Origin: Malacoraja senta
Taxonomy: Eukaryota
Length of the DNA: 64,000 bases
Assembly: GCA_038087875.1 (NCBI GenBank)
Contig: CM075991.1
Coordinates: forward strand, 11,224,001 to 11,288,000
Reading direction: 5' to 3'
Shown: one piece after another, positions 25,431-37,688 of the stretch
Layout of the letters: each line of letters opens with the position of its first letter
How positions within the stretch are numbered: position 1 is the first letter of the stretch
Position numbers and translations under genes: made by a program
Notes under the pieces: model-generated
The model's input: the letters and a program-made list of their open reading frames with translations, nothing else
What the model was told of the DNA's origin: nothing
Databases searched by the model: none

Positions 25431-26696
25431 TCGATTTTCCAGCATCTGCAGTTCCTTCTTAAACACAAATGCATTATCTGGAGGCGTGTAGCGAGAACCT
25501 GTGGACCACTTTCCTCCCTCTCTCTTCGCAATCCTCAACTCTTCAAACCCGTCTCACGCTTTGTTCTTATTTCTGGCCTTTGTTCCAACCAGCTACCGAT
25601 CAAAAACCCTTCAGTTTAGTTTATTGCCACGTGTACCGAGGTACAGTGAAAAGCTTTATTCAGCGGAAAGGCAATACATGATTACAATCAAGCCATTTAC
25701 AGTGTATAGATAGATAAGGAAATAATGTTTAGTGCAAGGTAAAGCCAGCAAAGTCCGATCAAGGATAGTCCGAGGGTCATCAATGAAGTACAGTGCCCTC
25801 CATAATGTTTGGGACAAATAGACAATAGCTGCAGGAGTAGGCCATTTGGCCCTTCGAGCCATTCAATGTGATCATGGCTAATCATCCCCAATCAGTACCC
25901 CGTTCCTGCCTTCTCCCCATATCCCCTGACTCCGCTATTTTTAAGAGCCCTATCTAGCTCTCTCTTGAATGCATCCAGAGAACCTGCCTCCACCACCATC
26001 TGAGGCAGAGAATTCCACAGACACACCACTCTCTGTGAGAAAAAGTGTTTCTGTGAAAAAAAGACAAAGACCCATCATTTATGTATTTGCCTCTGTATCC
26101 CACAACCATTGTCACATTGTACTTTACCTGAAAGCTGTGGGATTATCTTCTCCAGAATCCAATCAGGAGAATTGGTTGGATGAGACAGTAAAAGAGGTGC
26201 CTATCCAAAAGTCACCTCCTCTACCATATGGCAGTGTCTACCTCCTCTACACTGGCCGAGAAAACAAACAAGGAGTAACACAATGTGCAGGAAGGACATT
26301 TTTATATGTCCATTGTCTATTTTATATGTCCATTGTCTATTTTTATTGGTACACTGTCTGTCTGTGTTATAAATATTACTTGCACATTGGAGTATGGAGA
26401 AAACGCAATTTCAATCCTCTGTGTAACTACTTGTTACATTATTTGAATTGACAATACAATTACTATTACTATTACTATTACAGATGCTGCTTTCCACCCA
26501 ATTCAGACACAAAATGCTGTAATAACTCGACGTCTGCCCCGCTGAGTTACTCCAGTATTCTGTGTCTATCCAAGGAGTAACACAGGATCAGTTATTCTCA
26601 ATTTTTAAATAACACAACGTATTTTATAAGTATGCTGCACCTGTATCTACCTGCACCTGTAATCTACCTGCACTTCACAGCAGCACACGTACTTAC

Positions 26697-26780
26697 TCCA
26701 AAGTTATCCAAAGTATTTCTGCAGGGGGTCGGAGCCACGGTGTTTAAAGTGACTGACTCAGTGAGAGTGGGTTTAAAAGG
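26697..26780 (-). promoter_or_regulatory. Possible alternative non-coding first exon of ANXA4
   Basis: Minus-strand donor GA|GTAAGT at 26695-26696, AP-1 site TGACTCA at 26754-26760, TATA-like TTTTAAA at 26772-26778. Confidence 0.3.
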
Positions 26781-27061
26781 CAGAGTCTGTTACCAGCGTC
26801 AATGATCAAAACTGGGACACGGACTTGAGTGAGATACCCGTGTCAATTCCCCCCACGTCTACCCGTCCACAATCTGACAGCACAAACTTGACGCCCAACT
26901 TTTTAAACCCAAACAGGCAGAACATTTCACCCTCACCCACCCCCATCCCCACCCCATCTCAATACGACTGCATTGTTTTCTTATATAATTGCGTTTAAAG
27001 TGAAATCTTGATACAAAACTCGCCGGAAAGCGGCCAAACCCCCCCCCCCCCCCCCCCTTAC

Positions 27062-27275
27062 CTGCTTGGTGAGTGTGATATTTGAAAGTGTCCCTGCCCG
27101 AAAATGGCTGCTCGCTTTTCTATCATCAACACAGGGCGGGCACAACTTTGTGTAACCAACGAGCAAGCTCTGCGTGTCTGGAGCAATAAGCCAATGTAGA
27201 CAGGGACAAGAAATGTACAAATACCGCCTTTGTCCAACCAAAGTGAAGTTGCGCCGGAGCCTTGGCCAATTATAA
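27062..27275 (-). promoter_or_regulatory. ANXA4: Candidate ANXA4 promoter and non-coding exon 1
   Basis: Strong minus-strand donor CAG|GTAAG at 27060-27061. Upstream lie a GC box GGGCGGG (27134-27140) and CCAAT at 27191 and 27266, in unique CpG-retaining sequence. Confidence 0.55.
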
Positions 27276-27635
27276 TAAACAACCAAAACATTATCCAACA
27301 AAAGTATTTTGTATAAAAGTCACATGAGTCAAACACGGAAATCAAACATTATTTGACTGGGATTTTCTTTTCCGGCCAGGGTGAATATTTTCAGGCTGGA
27401 AGGATGAGGCAGCTTCTGGTGGAAGTTGCCAGCTCCTCAGAATTACCCGAAAGTTTCCAAGAACTAAGATTAAGCCTCCTGAATTCTACTGGAGTGGAAA
27501 CAAGCCGTAAATGGGGGTGGGAGTAGATCATTAGAATCTTCTTAGGTACACAAAAATGCTGGAGAAATTCAGCGGGTGCAGCAGCATTTATGGAGCAAAG
27601 GAAATAGGCAACGTTTCGGGCCGAAACCCTTAGAA

Positions 27636-27771
27636 TCTTCTTCTTGTGTATGGTGTGCACAGCCTAAAGTTGTAGGACAACTTGTTCTATTTGATCTTAT
27701 TTGATTGTGCACGGCAGGTTGATTGCATTAGTCGAAACAGGGCGGACCACGTGAAGGTTGCAATCTCCCAC
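27636..27771 (-). mobile_element. ~140-nt HDV-like-ribozyme retroelement, copy 2 (first 3 nt missing)
   Basis: Reverse complement of copy 1. TSD gat(c/a)attaga at 27526-27535 and 27772-27781. A Penelope-end fragment sits in its tail. Confidence 0.85.
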
Positions 27772-27874
27772 GATAATTAGAGTGAATTGTGATTTTCCTT
27801 TGCTAACTTGTGTGATAAAAATACTAGAGATGGGAGTAAGGCACAACAAAAACAGACACAAAATGCTGGAGTAA

Positions 27875-28204
27875 TAGCCCTGTCCCACGGTACGAGTTCA
27901 TTCCAAGAGCTCTCCCGAGTTGAAAAAAAAATCTAACTCGTGGTAAGCACGGAGAATGAACGTAGCGGGCACGTCGGAGCTCGGGGACATCTCTTAGCGG
28001 CTCGTAACGCTAACGGCAGGTACTTGGTAATACTCGCTAACGGCAGGGAAGCACGGGAAGACTCGTGAAGATTTTTCAACATGTTGAAAAATGTCCACGA
28101 GAGCCCCGAGTACCGACCAGTGGCCATTACCGTAAATCTCCGAGTTCGAATCGGGGCAAACTCGGGAGAGCTCTTGGAATGAACTCGTACCTTGGACAGG
28201 GCTT
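27875..28204. mobile_element. PIF/Harbinger-like MITE (330 bp), inserted in a Penelope-end repeat
   Basis: ~47-bp TIRs (AGCCCTGTCC...GAGCTCTCCCGAGTT). TAA TSD splits the host sequence GAGTAA|CTCAGC. Confidence 0.85.
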
Positions 28205-28817
28205 TAACTCAGCGGGACAGGCAGCGTCTCTGGAGAGAAGGAATGGGTGACGTTTTGGGTCGAGTCCCTTCTTCAGACAGAGAGTCAAGCGTGAGAGAGA
28301 CAGAGATATGGAAGGGGTAAGGTGTGAAAACGACGGATTAAAGGATACGTGGATCAAATGAAAAGGTAGAGGGGAAGGTGACAACGGAGTTTACAATGTC
28401 TGAAGGGTCTCGACCCGCAACGTCGCCCAATTCCTTCGCTCCATAGATGCTGCCTCACCCGCTGAGTTTCTCCAGCACTTGTGTCTACCTTTGATTATCC
28501 AGCATCTGCAGTTCCTTCTTAAACTTACAATCAGTCTGGTTTTGGTTGATTACTGCACAAGCACATCATAAGTGGTTTACCAAATATTCTCCCCATGACC
28601 TGCGTGGGTTTTCTCCGAGATCTTCCGTTTCCTCCCACACTCCAAAGACGTACAGGGTTGTAGGTTAATTGGCATGGTAAATGTAAAAATTGGCCCTAGT
28701 GGGTGTCGGATAGTGTTAGTGTGCGGGGATCTCTGGTCGGCACGGACTCGGTGGGCCGAAGGGCCTGTTTCCACGCTGTATCTCTAAACTAAAGATTACA
28801 GTGAGAAGGCAGGAGAA

Positions 28818-29017
28818 NNNNNNNNNNNNNNNNNNNNNNNNNNNNNNNNNNNNNNNNNNNNNNNNNNNNNNNNNNNNNNNNNNNNNNNNNNNNNNNNNNN
28901 NNNNNNNNNNNNNNNNNNNNNNNNNNNNNNNNNNNNNNNNNNNNNNNNNNNNNNNNNNNNNNNNNNNNNNNNNNNNNNNNNNNNNNNNNNNNNNNNNNNN
29001 NNNNNNNNNNNNNNNNN
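28818..29017. other. Assembly gap (200 N)
   Basis: Run of N. Confidence 1.
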
Positions 29018-29365
29018 AAATACTCATGGTGGAATTTGGAAAATCTTAAATGGGGAAAGTGAATTTGAGAGATGACGGGTTGTCAGGGGTTACGGGGAGA
29101 AGGCAGGAGAATGGGGTTAGGAGGAAGAGATAGATCAACCATGATTGAATGGCGGAGTAGACTTGATGGGCCGAATGACCTCATTCTACTGTTTAATCCT
29201 ATCATTTTTGACCTTTTGACAAGGCTTGGCAGGGTGAGGTTGGAGGGAAGGTACTGCCAGTGATGGCGAAACATTTAAAATTGTGATCTTCTCGAGGAGA
29301 GATCTGAATGGCGCACTGGACGAGGAATGTAATTGTTCTGGAGATGGTGCAGAAGGAATGATGCT

Positions 29366-31525
29366 TGGAGCGTTAATGTATGCGGAGCGTTTGACGGCTC
29401 TGGGCCTGTACTCATTGGAGTTTAGAAGGTTGAGGGGGACCTCATAGAAACTTACCGAATAGTGCAAGGCCTGGATAGAGTGAATGTGGAGTGGATGTTT
29501 CCACAAGTGGGAGAGTCGAGGACCAGAGGGCACAGCCTCAGAGTAAAAGGATGTACTTTTAGAAAGGAGATGTAGAGGAATCTTTACAGAGGGTGGTGAA
29601 TCTGTGTAAATTCATTGCCACAGACGGCTGTGGAGACCAAGTCCTTGCGCGTTTTTAAAGCATAGATTGACAGGTTTTTGATCAGTAAGGGTGTCAAAGG
29701 TTATGGGGAGAAGGCAGGAGAATGGGGCTGAGAGGGAAAGATAGATCAGCCATGATTGAATGGTGGAGTAGACTTGATGAGCCGAAAGGCCTAATTCTGC
29801 TCCTATCACTTATGAACTATGAAAGTGTCGACATTCCAGGATCTGGGTGACAACGTTCTGGATAAACTGGATAAATTCCGCTGAACTTCAAATTAGAGAT
29901 TTTTTTCCTCTCTCTAACAACAAACTCAGGCGTCTGTGACAACTTCAGGCTTAGAGCAGATACCAGAGTGAAGAGCAACCCTGCATCCCCAGGGTACGTC
30001 TCAGTGGAACTGACTACACGTTTGCATCAATCTGCTTCCACTTTGCGCTCTACACTTCCTCCAGGGCATGATTCATTAGTACACCATGACATCGTCAGCA
30101 GTTCTTGCTGACGTAGATTATTCCAGCAAACTGTTATTTTCAATTCCTCTTTCCCTTCCCCTTTCTTTGTAATGACTTGAGAGTGTGTTCTCCGCTTGCA
30201 CACCCGAATCCTGCCTCCCTTGGGTTTTGTTCACTGTAGTAGGTGCAAATAGAAAGAAGGTGCATTGATGTCTGTGACTTCAGCTGGGGGTCGTATGTAT
30301 GGAGCCTAGATTTTAGTTTAGTTTAGAGATACAGCGCGGAAACGGGCCCTTCGTCCCACCGAGTACGCACCGGCCAGCGCTCCCCTTGCACTAACACTGC
30401 CCCACACTATCCTGGTCAAGTCAAGTCACATTTATTTATATAGCACATTTAAAAAACAACTCTCATTGGCCAAAGTGCTTTACATTTGTTATAAGAATAG
30501 CATAAACAAAACAAACTACATACATATATACATGTAGCCCTCACTCAGAGGACGTCAGGAAAGGCTTGGGAGTATAGATAAGTCTTTAGTCTTGACTTAA
30601 AAGAGTCGATGGAGGGGGCAGTTCTGATGGGAAAGGGGGATGCTGTTCCACAGTCTAGGGGCTGCAACCGCAAAGCCTGCAATCCTAAACACACTGGGGA
30701 CAATTTTACATTTATACCAAGCCAATTAACCAACAAACCTGTACATCTTTAGTGTGTGGGAGGAAACCAAAGTAATGATTGGAGCGTTAATGTATGAGGA
30801 GCATTCTCTGGGCCTAAACTCGCTGGAGTTTAGAAGGTTGAGGGGGGGCCTTGTAGCAACTTACCGAATAGTGAAAGGCCTGGATACAAAGAATGTGGAG
30901 TGGATGTTTCCACTAGTGGTAGAGTCGAGGACCAGAGGGCGCAACCACAGAGTAAATGGATGTACTTTTAGAAAGGAGATGTAGAGGAATCTTTACAGAG
31001 GGTGGTGAATCTGTGGAATTCATTGCCACAGACGGCTGTGGAGGCCAAGTCCTTGCGTATTTTTAAAGCAGAGATTGACAGGTTCTTGATTATTAAGGGT
31101 GTCAAAGGTTATGGGGAGAAGGCAGGAGAATGGGAATGAGAGGGAAAGATAGATCAGCCATGATTGAATGGTGGAGTAGACTTGATGGGCCGAAAGGCCT
31201 AATTCTGCTCCTATCACTTATGAACTATGAAAGTGTCGACATTCCACAATCTGGGTGACAACGTTCTGGATAAACTGGATAAATTCCGATGAACTTCAAA
31301 TGAGAGATTTCTTTTCTCTCTCTCGTAACAACAATCGCAGGCGTCTGTGACAACATCAGGCTTAGAGCAGATACCAGAGGGAAGAGCAGCCCTGCATCCC
31401 CAGGGTACGTCTCTGTGGAACTGACTACATGTTTGCATCAATCTGCTTCCACTTTGCTCTCTATACTTCCTCCAGGCTTCTGGAAATGTTTTATTAGTAC
31501 ACCATGACATCATCAGCAGTTCCTG
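29366..31525 (+). repeat. Local ~740-bp duplication (29366-30106 and 30779-31525)
   Basis: Both copies share the same CR1 truncation point, the same internal variant, and ~280 bp of non-CR1 flank. Confidence 0.88.
30311..30768 (-). mobile_element. HE1-like SINE interrupted by an L2-type LINE 3' end (~30416-30677)
   Basis: SINE halves flank a segment encoding PIRTAPSIDSFKSRLKTYLYSQAF with a (GACTT)n tail on the minus strand. Confidence 0.72.
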
Positions 31526-32165
31526 TTTAAGAATAAGGGGTCAGCCATTTAGAACTGAGATGAGGGAAAACTTTTTCACCCAGGGAATTGTGAATCTGTG
31601 GAATTCTCTGCCACAGAAGGCAGTGGAGGCCAATTCACTGGATTTTTTTTTAGAGACAGAGTTAGATTTAGCTTTTAGGGCTGACGCAATCAAGGGATAT
31701 GGGGAAAAAGCAGGAACGGGGTACTGATTTTGGACGATCAGCCATGATCATATTGAATTGAGGCAGGAAACATGTTCTCGATGTTGGGGGAGTCCAGAAC
31801 CAGGGGCCACAGTTTAAGAATAAGGAGTAAGCCATTTAGAACGGAGACGAGGAAACACTTTTTCTCACAGAGAGTGGTGAGTCTGTGGAATTCTCTGCCT
31901 CAGAGGGTGGTGGAGGCTGGATGCTTTCAAGAGAGAGCTAGATAGGGCTCTTAAAAATAGTGGAGTCAGGGGATATGGGGAGAAGGCAGGAACGGGGTAC
32001 TGATTGGGGATGATCAGCCATGATCACATTGAATGGCGGTGCTGGCTCGAAGGGCCGAATGGCCTACTCCTGCACCTATTGTCTATTGTCTATTGTCTAT
32101 TGAATGGCGGTGCAGGCTCGAAGGGTCGAATGGCCTACTCCTGCACCTATTTTCTATGTTTCTAT
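31526..32165 (+). mobile_element. Nested CR1 3' fragments (one inserted in the 3' UTR of another)
   Basis: ATTGAAT duplicated around the inner copy (~31759-32098); the two copies have different microsatellite tails. Confidence 0.8.
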
Positions 32166-32508
32166 CAGTGGCACAGACCATGGCCAGTGAGTGCAGGTAG
32201 AGGAGGGATCGGCTCAGTAGCGGGTAAGCTGATGGCTCAGCTGGGTGTGGGAGAGATGAAGCAAACTCAGTGGCAGCGGCATTGTGATCTAACGTGGAAA
32301 GAAACCCATGCTGTGCGACTTCAACGCGCGTGGCTGATTGCTCACAAGGTCAATGTCAGCCGTGTTCAGCGTGCGCTTTGGCCTTGAACGATTACACTGA
32401 GGCGATCTCCAGGAATTAGAGCAAGCTGTGGTAATTAGACACATCAGGCAGTGCTGCTGCCCACAGACAGGGGGCATCAGCCAAGTCGGACCTCTGAGCA
32501 AAGGATCA

Positions 32509-32741
32509 AGGGCCTGTCCCACTTTCACGACTTAATTCACGACCTTTTTTACTCGTGGACATTTTTCATCGTGCTAGAAAAAAACGCCCCGACCTACTTG
32601 ATGTACCTACGAGTACCTACGACTAGCATCACGGCCTCCTACGACCTACCTACGACCTCGTGACAACCATGCTGCGAGTATGAGTCAAGGGCAAACTCGG
32701 CAGAGGGTCGTGAATTAGGTCGTGAAAGTGGGACAGGCCCT
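32509..32741. mobile_element. PIF/Harbinger-like MITE (233 bp)
   Basis: TIRs AGGGCCTGTCCCACTTTCACGAC / GTCGTGAAAGTGGGACAGGCCCT; flanks TCA and TTA. Confidence 0.82.
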
Positions 32742-34797
32742 TTATCCTACCCACTGAGCCACCAGCAGCCCAGTGTATCCTGGGACACATGAGCAAACAT
32801 CTTTGCTAATTTCCTTTGAACTTGACTGATGAACCTGTCTCTGCAGCATAAGGCAAGAGACGCTCGTGGGAGGCACAATATTATGCTTCACACGGCTAAT
32901 TAGGAGCCAGCGGGTTCAGAACACCTGCCTATCCCCTCCTCTGTTCCACCACGCAAGTGATATATCTGTACTAAACGCAACTCAGTCAGGATCTGAAGCT
33001 AGAAAGCACAATGCACGATTTGCAATGCCATCACTGCGCAAGAAGCTAGTTCCCTCCCGCAGCGATACCCCCACCACTTGGGCGTTTTCAGTGACAACTT
33101 TCGTCTCATAATGCGTCTGAGAAGTATTTTTGGAAATGTTAATATTTTCAATCCACATGTTTTAATATCCCTGAGCATCTTTAGGAGCTTCATGTGAGTT
33201 AACAAAATGCACAGGGACTGGCAGCGCCAGTTGTGAGAACATTATAAGGAGATGGTGAAATGGCATTGTCACCATGGGTGACATTAGAGTGAGAATGGGT
33301 TCCCTCAAGATACTTTGCCCTGTGTGATAGACAAGAAATGCTCCAAATCATTCCAATACCATTGCCCATAACATGCTTTCAAGAGAGAGCTAGATAGGGC
33401 TCTTAAAAATAGCGGAGTCAGGGGATATGGGGAGAAGGCAGGAACGGGGTACTGATTGGGGATGATCAGCCATGATCACATTGAATGGCGGTGCTGGCTC
33501 GAAGGGCCAAATGGCCTACTCCTGCACCTATTGTCTATTGTCTATTGTCTATTGCCCTGTGTTTGTTTGTTTTTTAAATCAAATGCCATAGATCGGAACC
33601 AGTGATTGGAACCATGAGCTGTGTTTCTCTCCATACTGTTGCTGCCTAATCTGCTGAGGATTCCCACTGCTTGCAATTTCTATTTCTGATCTCAAGGGAG
33701 CAAGGTTAGCAGAAAGGGCGGACAAAGAGAGAGGGGAGGCCGACGTTACACCGCATTTATTTCGATGTTCGAGGCTTAACAGGTTAGGTAGACAACCTCG
33801 GGGTGTGGATGGGCAATATGGGGAGAAAAGATGAAATGAGAAGGTAATTTATCCAATAATATAGTCACAATCATAAACACAATAATACTTTATTAGCCAA
33901 GTATAGTTTGCAACATACGAGGAATTTCATTTGCCAAGTCAGTCATAACAGAGGATAGCAAAAGTTTTTCAGATATATAATGAGTAAAAGATAAGCAAGA
34001 GTGGATATTGGACGCAGAAGAAGTGATAATGGAGAATAAAGATGTATACATTTTTTTGCGCCAGTCTGCACAGCAGAAAACACCAGCGACATGCCTGAGA
34101 TTCAAAAGATTCAGTGGGCGGAAGTTAGTGGAGTGGCTATAACGAAGGAGAAGGTGCTTGGGAAAAGGAAAGGTCTGAAGGTGGACAAGTCACCTGGACC
34201 AGATGGACTACACCCCAGGGTTCTGAAAAGGTGGCTTTAGACATTGTACATGCATTAGTAGTGATCTTTCAAGAGTCAGGAGTGGTTCCAGAGGATTGGA
34301 AAATTGCAAATGTTATTCCTCTGTTCAAGAATGGAATGGATGGAATGGAATTCTGAAATGTATTACATCGCACTCCTTCAGATTGGATTCTAATTGCCAG
34401 TCTTTCGATACTTCCTGCAGTCTCTTTCTTACTATCAAACTTCCCTGTCATCTCTGATGCTATTAGTAAGTTTTCTAACGACAGCTCCTGCATTTCAGAA
34501 GAAATTATTGATGTGTACCATAAAAGAGCAAAATTCTGTACCTGATTCCCGCGGAACACCATTGCAAATGGCTCTCCAGACGCCAAAACGCTTGTTGACC
34601 ATCAGTCTTTCCTGTCAAATCTCGTCAGCAGGTAAGACTGTGTATTTGTCAAATGCACGCCATATAAACCGGAACAGTGAACTCCTTACTTGCAGCAGCT
34701 TTACAGGTGCATTAGAAGCAACAACAACAACTACAAAAATCAGTGATTCTCAGTAAACTGAACCATGATACTCCAAGAGCAAAGTACACAGCGCACA

Positions 34798-35105
34798 GCG
34801 GCACGGTGGCGCAGCGCTACAGTTACTGCCTCACAGCGCCAGAGACCCGGGTTCGATCCTGACTACGGGTGCTGTCTGTAGGGAGATTGAATGTTCTCCC
34901 CGTGACCCGCGTGGGTTCTCTCCGAGATGTTCCTCCAAAGACATACAGGTTTGTAGGTTAATTGGCTTGGTATACGTGTAAATTGTCCCTAGTGTGTGTA
35001 GGATTGTGTTAGTGTGCAGGGATCACTGGCCGGTGCGGACTTGTTGGGTCGAAGGGCCTGTTTCCTCACTGTATCACTAAACTAAAACTAAACTAAACTA
35101 AAACT
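34798..35105 (+). mobile_element. HE1-like SINE
   Basis: Near full-length match to the other copies. Confidence 0.85.
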
Positions 35106-35354
35106 ACATAGGTGCAACAGTCAAGTCTGTGTGGTTTGGTGCTGAGGTCGGTGGTGGAAGTGGTTTCTCAGAGTGGTTCAAGAATCTGACGGTTGATGGA
35201 AGGAAGCTATTCTTGAACCTGCAGGAATAGTTCTCATGCCCCTGAACTGTTTTCCGTTGATAGCAGCAAGAAGAGAACGTGGCCAGGGTGGTGTGGGTCT
35301 TTGATGATAGTACATGTCTTTGCATAGATCGCTTTGATAGTGGCGAGGTCAGTT

Positions 35355-35889
35355 GGGCGGCACGGTGGTGCAGCGGTAGTTGCAGCCTTAAGGGCTTGTC
35401 CCACTTGGGTGTCATTTGCACGTCAGGCAGGTGGCGCACGAAGATTTCGTGAAACCCAAAATCTACGTCACCACGCACCATGCACGCGTAATATGCACCA
35501 TGCGCACATTACGTGCATGTCACGATGTGCGCCTCGTCCATCGTGAAGCGTAAATTATGTCATGTAAATGATGTCATGTAAATGACGCCCAAGTGGGACA
35601 GGCCCTTTACAGCGCTTGGAGTGTCAGAGACCCAGGTTTAATCCCGACTATGGGTGCTGTCTGTTTGTACTTTGTCCCCGTGACCGCGTGGGTTTTCTCC
35701 GAGATATATTCAGTTTACTCCCACACTCCAAAGACGCACAGGTTTGTAGGTTAATTGGCTCGGTACAAATGTAAATTGTCCCTAGTGTGTTTAGGATAGT
35801 GTTAATGTGCTGGGATCGCTGGTCGGTGTGGACTCGGTGGGCCGAAGGGCCTGTTTCCGCACTGTATCTCTAAACTAAACTGAACTAAA
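35355..35889 (+). mobile_element. HE1-like SINE containing MITE 35391-35606
   Basis: Head split at the TTA TSD; body and tail intact. Confidence 0.85.
35391..35606. mobile_element. PIF/Harbinger-like MITE (216 bp), inserted in an HE1 SINE head
   Basis: TIRs AGGGCTTGTCCCACTTGGG / CCCAAGTGGGACAGGCCCT. TTA TSD splits the host sequence GCCTTA|CAGCGC. Confidence 0.85.
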
Positions 35890-37052
35890 CCCCATGATGG
35901 ACGGACCACCACTTTCTGTAGCCTCCTTCGTTCATAAGTGTTCGAATTACAGAGCCAAGTCGTGATGCAACCAGTTAGTGTGTTCTCCATCGTACACTCT
36001 TCCAGGTTTGATAAAGTATCTGGCCACATGCCAAATATCGTCACCTGCTGTGGAAGTCAAGGTGTTAGTGAGCTTTCATTGTGATTGCATCAGTGCTAAG
36101 GCCAAGGCAGATGGTCAGATTATTGTTCCGGCACACAACCAAGTCATCATTTCACCCAATAAACAGCCAACAATGGCCTGTTTCTATCATTCATTGTTCT
36201 ACATCTCTCCACATTATCGTCTATATCTCTCGTTTCCTTTTCCTGTTACTTTCAGTCTGAAGAAGGGTCTCGACCCGAAACGTCACCCTCTCAACTTCAA
36301 CTTCTCTCCAGAGACGCTGCCTGTCCCGCTGAGTTACTCCAGCATTTTGTGTCTATCTTTGGTGTCAACCAGCTTCTGCGGCCAAACCCACCAAAAGGCC
36401 CGGCTTGCAACCGCAGACCGGGGACTCGCTCGCCGCGGTCCGAAGACGGTGGGCCCCCCCTACCACACACCGAGGATTGTCTGGCTCACCCACCGCGGAC
36501 TCCTAACTAGGCCCTGAGCCACGAGCGACGACGGGACCCACGCTGCCAAGATCGAGGAGGGAACTGGGAGTGAGGTGGATCGTTGAGAGTGAGGGGGACG
36601 GTCGAGAGCAACGGGCCGCGGAGAGCTACCTGTCTGGTGTGGGGGGGGGTCGAGGGTAGAGGGGTAGGGGGCGCCAAGAGTGGACAAAGCGGGGTGCACC
36701 CTGTGGCTACGTGCGGCCGCAAGCCTGGTTCGTCGCAGCGAGCAGAAGATAAAACTTCAGTGGACGTTTGCAAACTTTGACAGCGCCAGAAAAGTGGCGC
36801 TCCTCTTGCGTACTGCCTTGGCGTGGTCTGCTGAATGATTTTACCGGGTCGATTGGAAAGCAAAGCATTTCACTGTACCTCGGTACTTGTGACGATAAAA
36901 GCATAATTGAATCATTGAAAGCCGGTGGGGACTTCCCACCGTAGAAGTGAGAGGTTGGAGTTGTCCGAGCAAACTCTAATTCACAGATCTAATTTCAAAT
37001 GCAATTTGACAATTTCCCAGCTTGAGCATTAGGTGCTTTGCCACGGCCATAC

Positions 37053-37568
37053 CAGGGGTGGGGAACCTTTTCACGTTGGAATGCCGCATTAAGTTAGCTG
37101 TAATCTAATAAGGCCGCATCCAAGAAACTTCAATTAGATATACTTCAAAATGTACATTATTTTGTAAAAATCGAACTACTTACTAACTTCAATCAAAATG
37201 AAAAATGTTTGTTAATTCTAAAGTTAACTAACCTTTTAATGACTTTGTTGTGACTGCTTTCTAGAGTATAGAGTCGCATTAGAACTAAATTATCAGCATA
37301 ACAGGTGTTAAAATAGCCCTCATGACTTACTAATGTTTTAATTGTGGCCCTCAGTCGGGGAGGATTGTTTCGTTGAATCTTCTTTTACTCTTTGGTATTT
37401 TAAATACGTTCATTTTAAGATTGAAATAAAAATAATAAAAGACGAACAAAAACATATTAATAAATATAAAAGGATTTGTTCTACAAAATTTGGATTTATT
37501 CAAAAGGCCGCACTTAATGGCCTAGAAGGCCGCATGCGGGCCTTAAGGACGCAGGTTCCCCACCCCCG
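37053..37568. mobile_element. hAT (Charlie-like) non-autonomous DNA transposon
   Basis: TIRs CAGGGGTGGGGAACC / GGTTCCCCACCCCCG, 8-bp flanks GGCCATAC and GTCAATAC (6/8 match), subterminal GGCCGCA repeats, AT-rich middle. Confidence 0.8.
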
Positions 37569-37669
37569 GTCAATACTAAGCAAGGGCTTGCATTTCTGCC
37601 TCAGAAGTGGCAGTGAATGAATCTGACTGCAGCTGCATATTCATTGACGGGGGCATTTCACTTGCTTCA

Positions 37670-37688
37670 TAGCCACCAGAGGGCAGTG
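37670..37688 (+). promoter_or_regulatory. Candidate CTCF-binding site
   Basis: TAGCCACCAGAGGGCAGTG closely matches the CTCF core CCACCAGRGGGC. Confidence 0.45.

Noticed and set aside
28716..29049. ORFs spanning the N run
   Set aside because: Assembly-gap artefacts.
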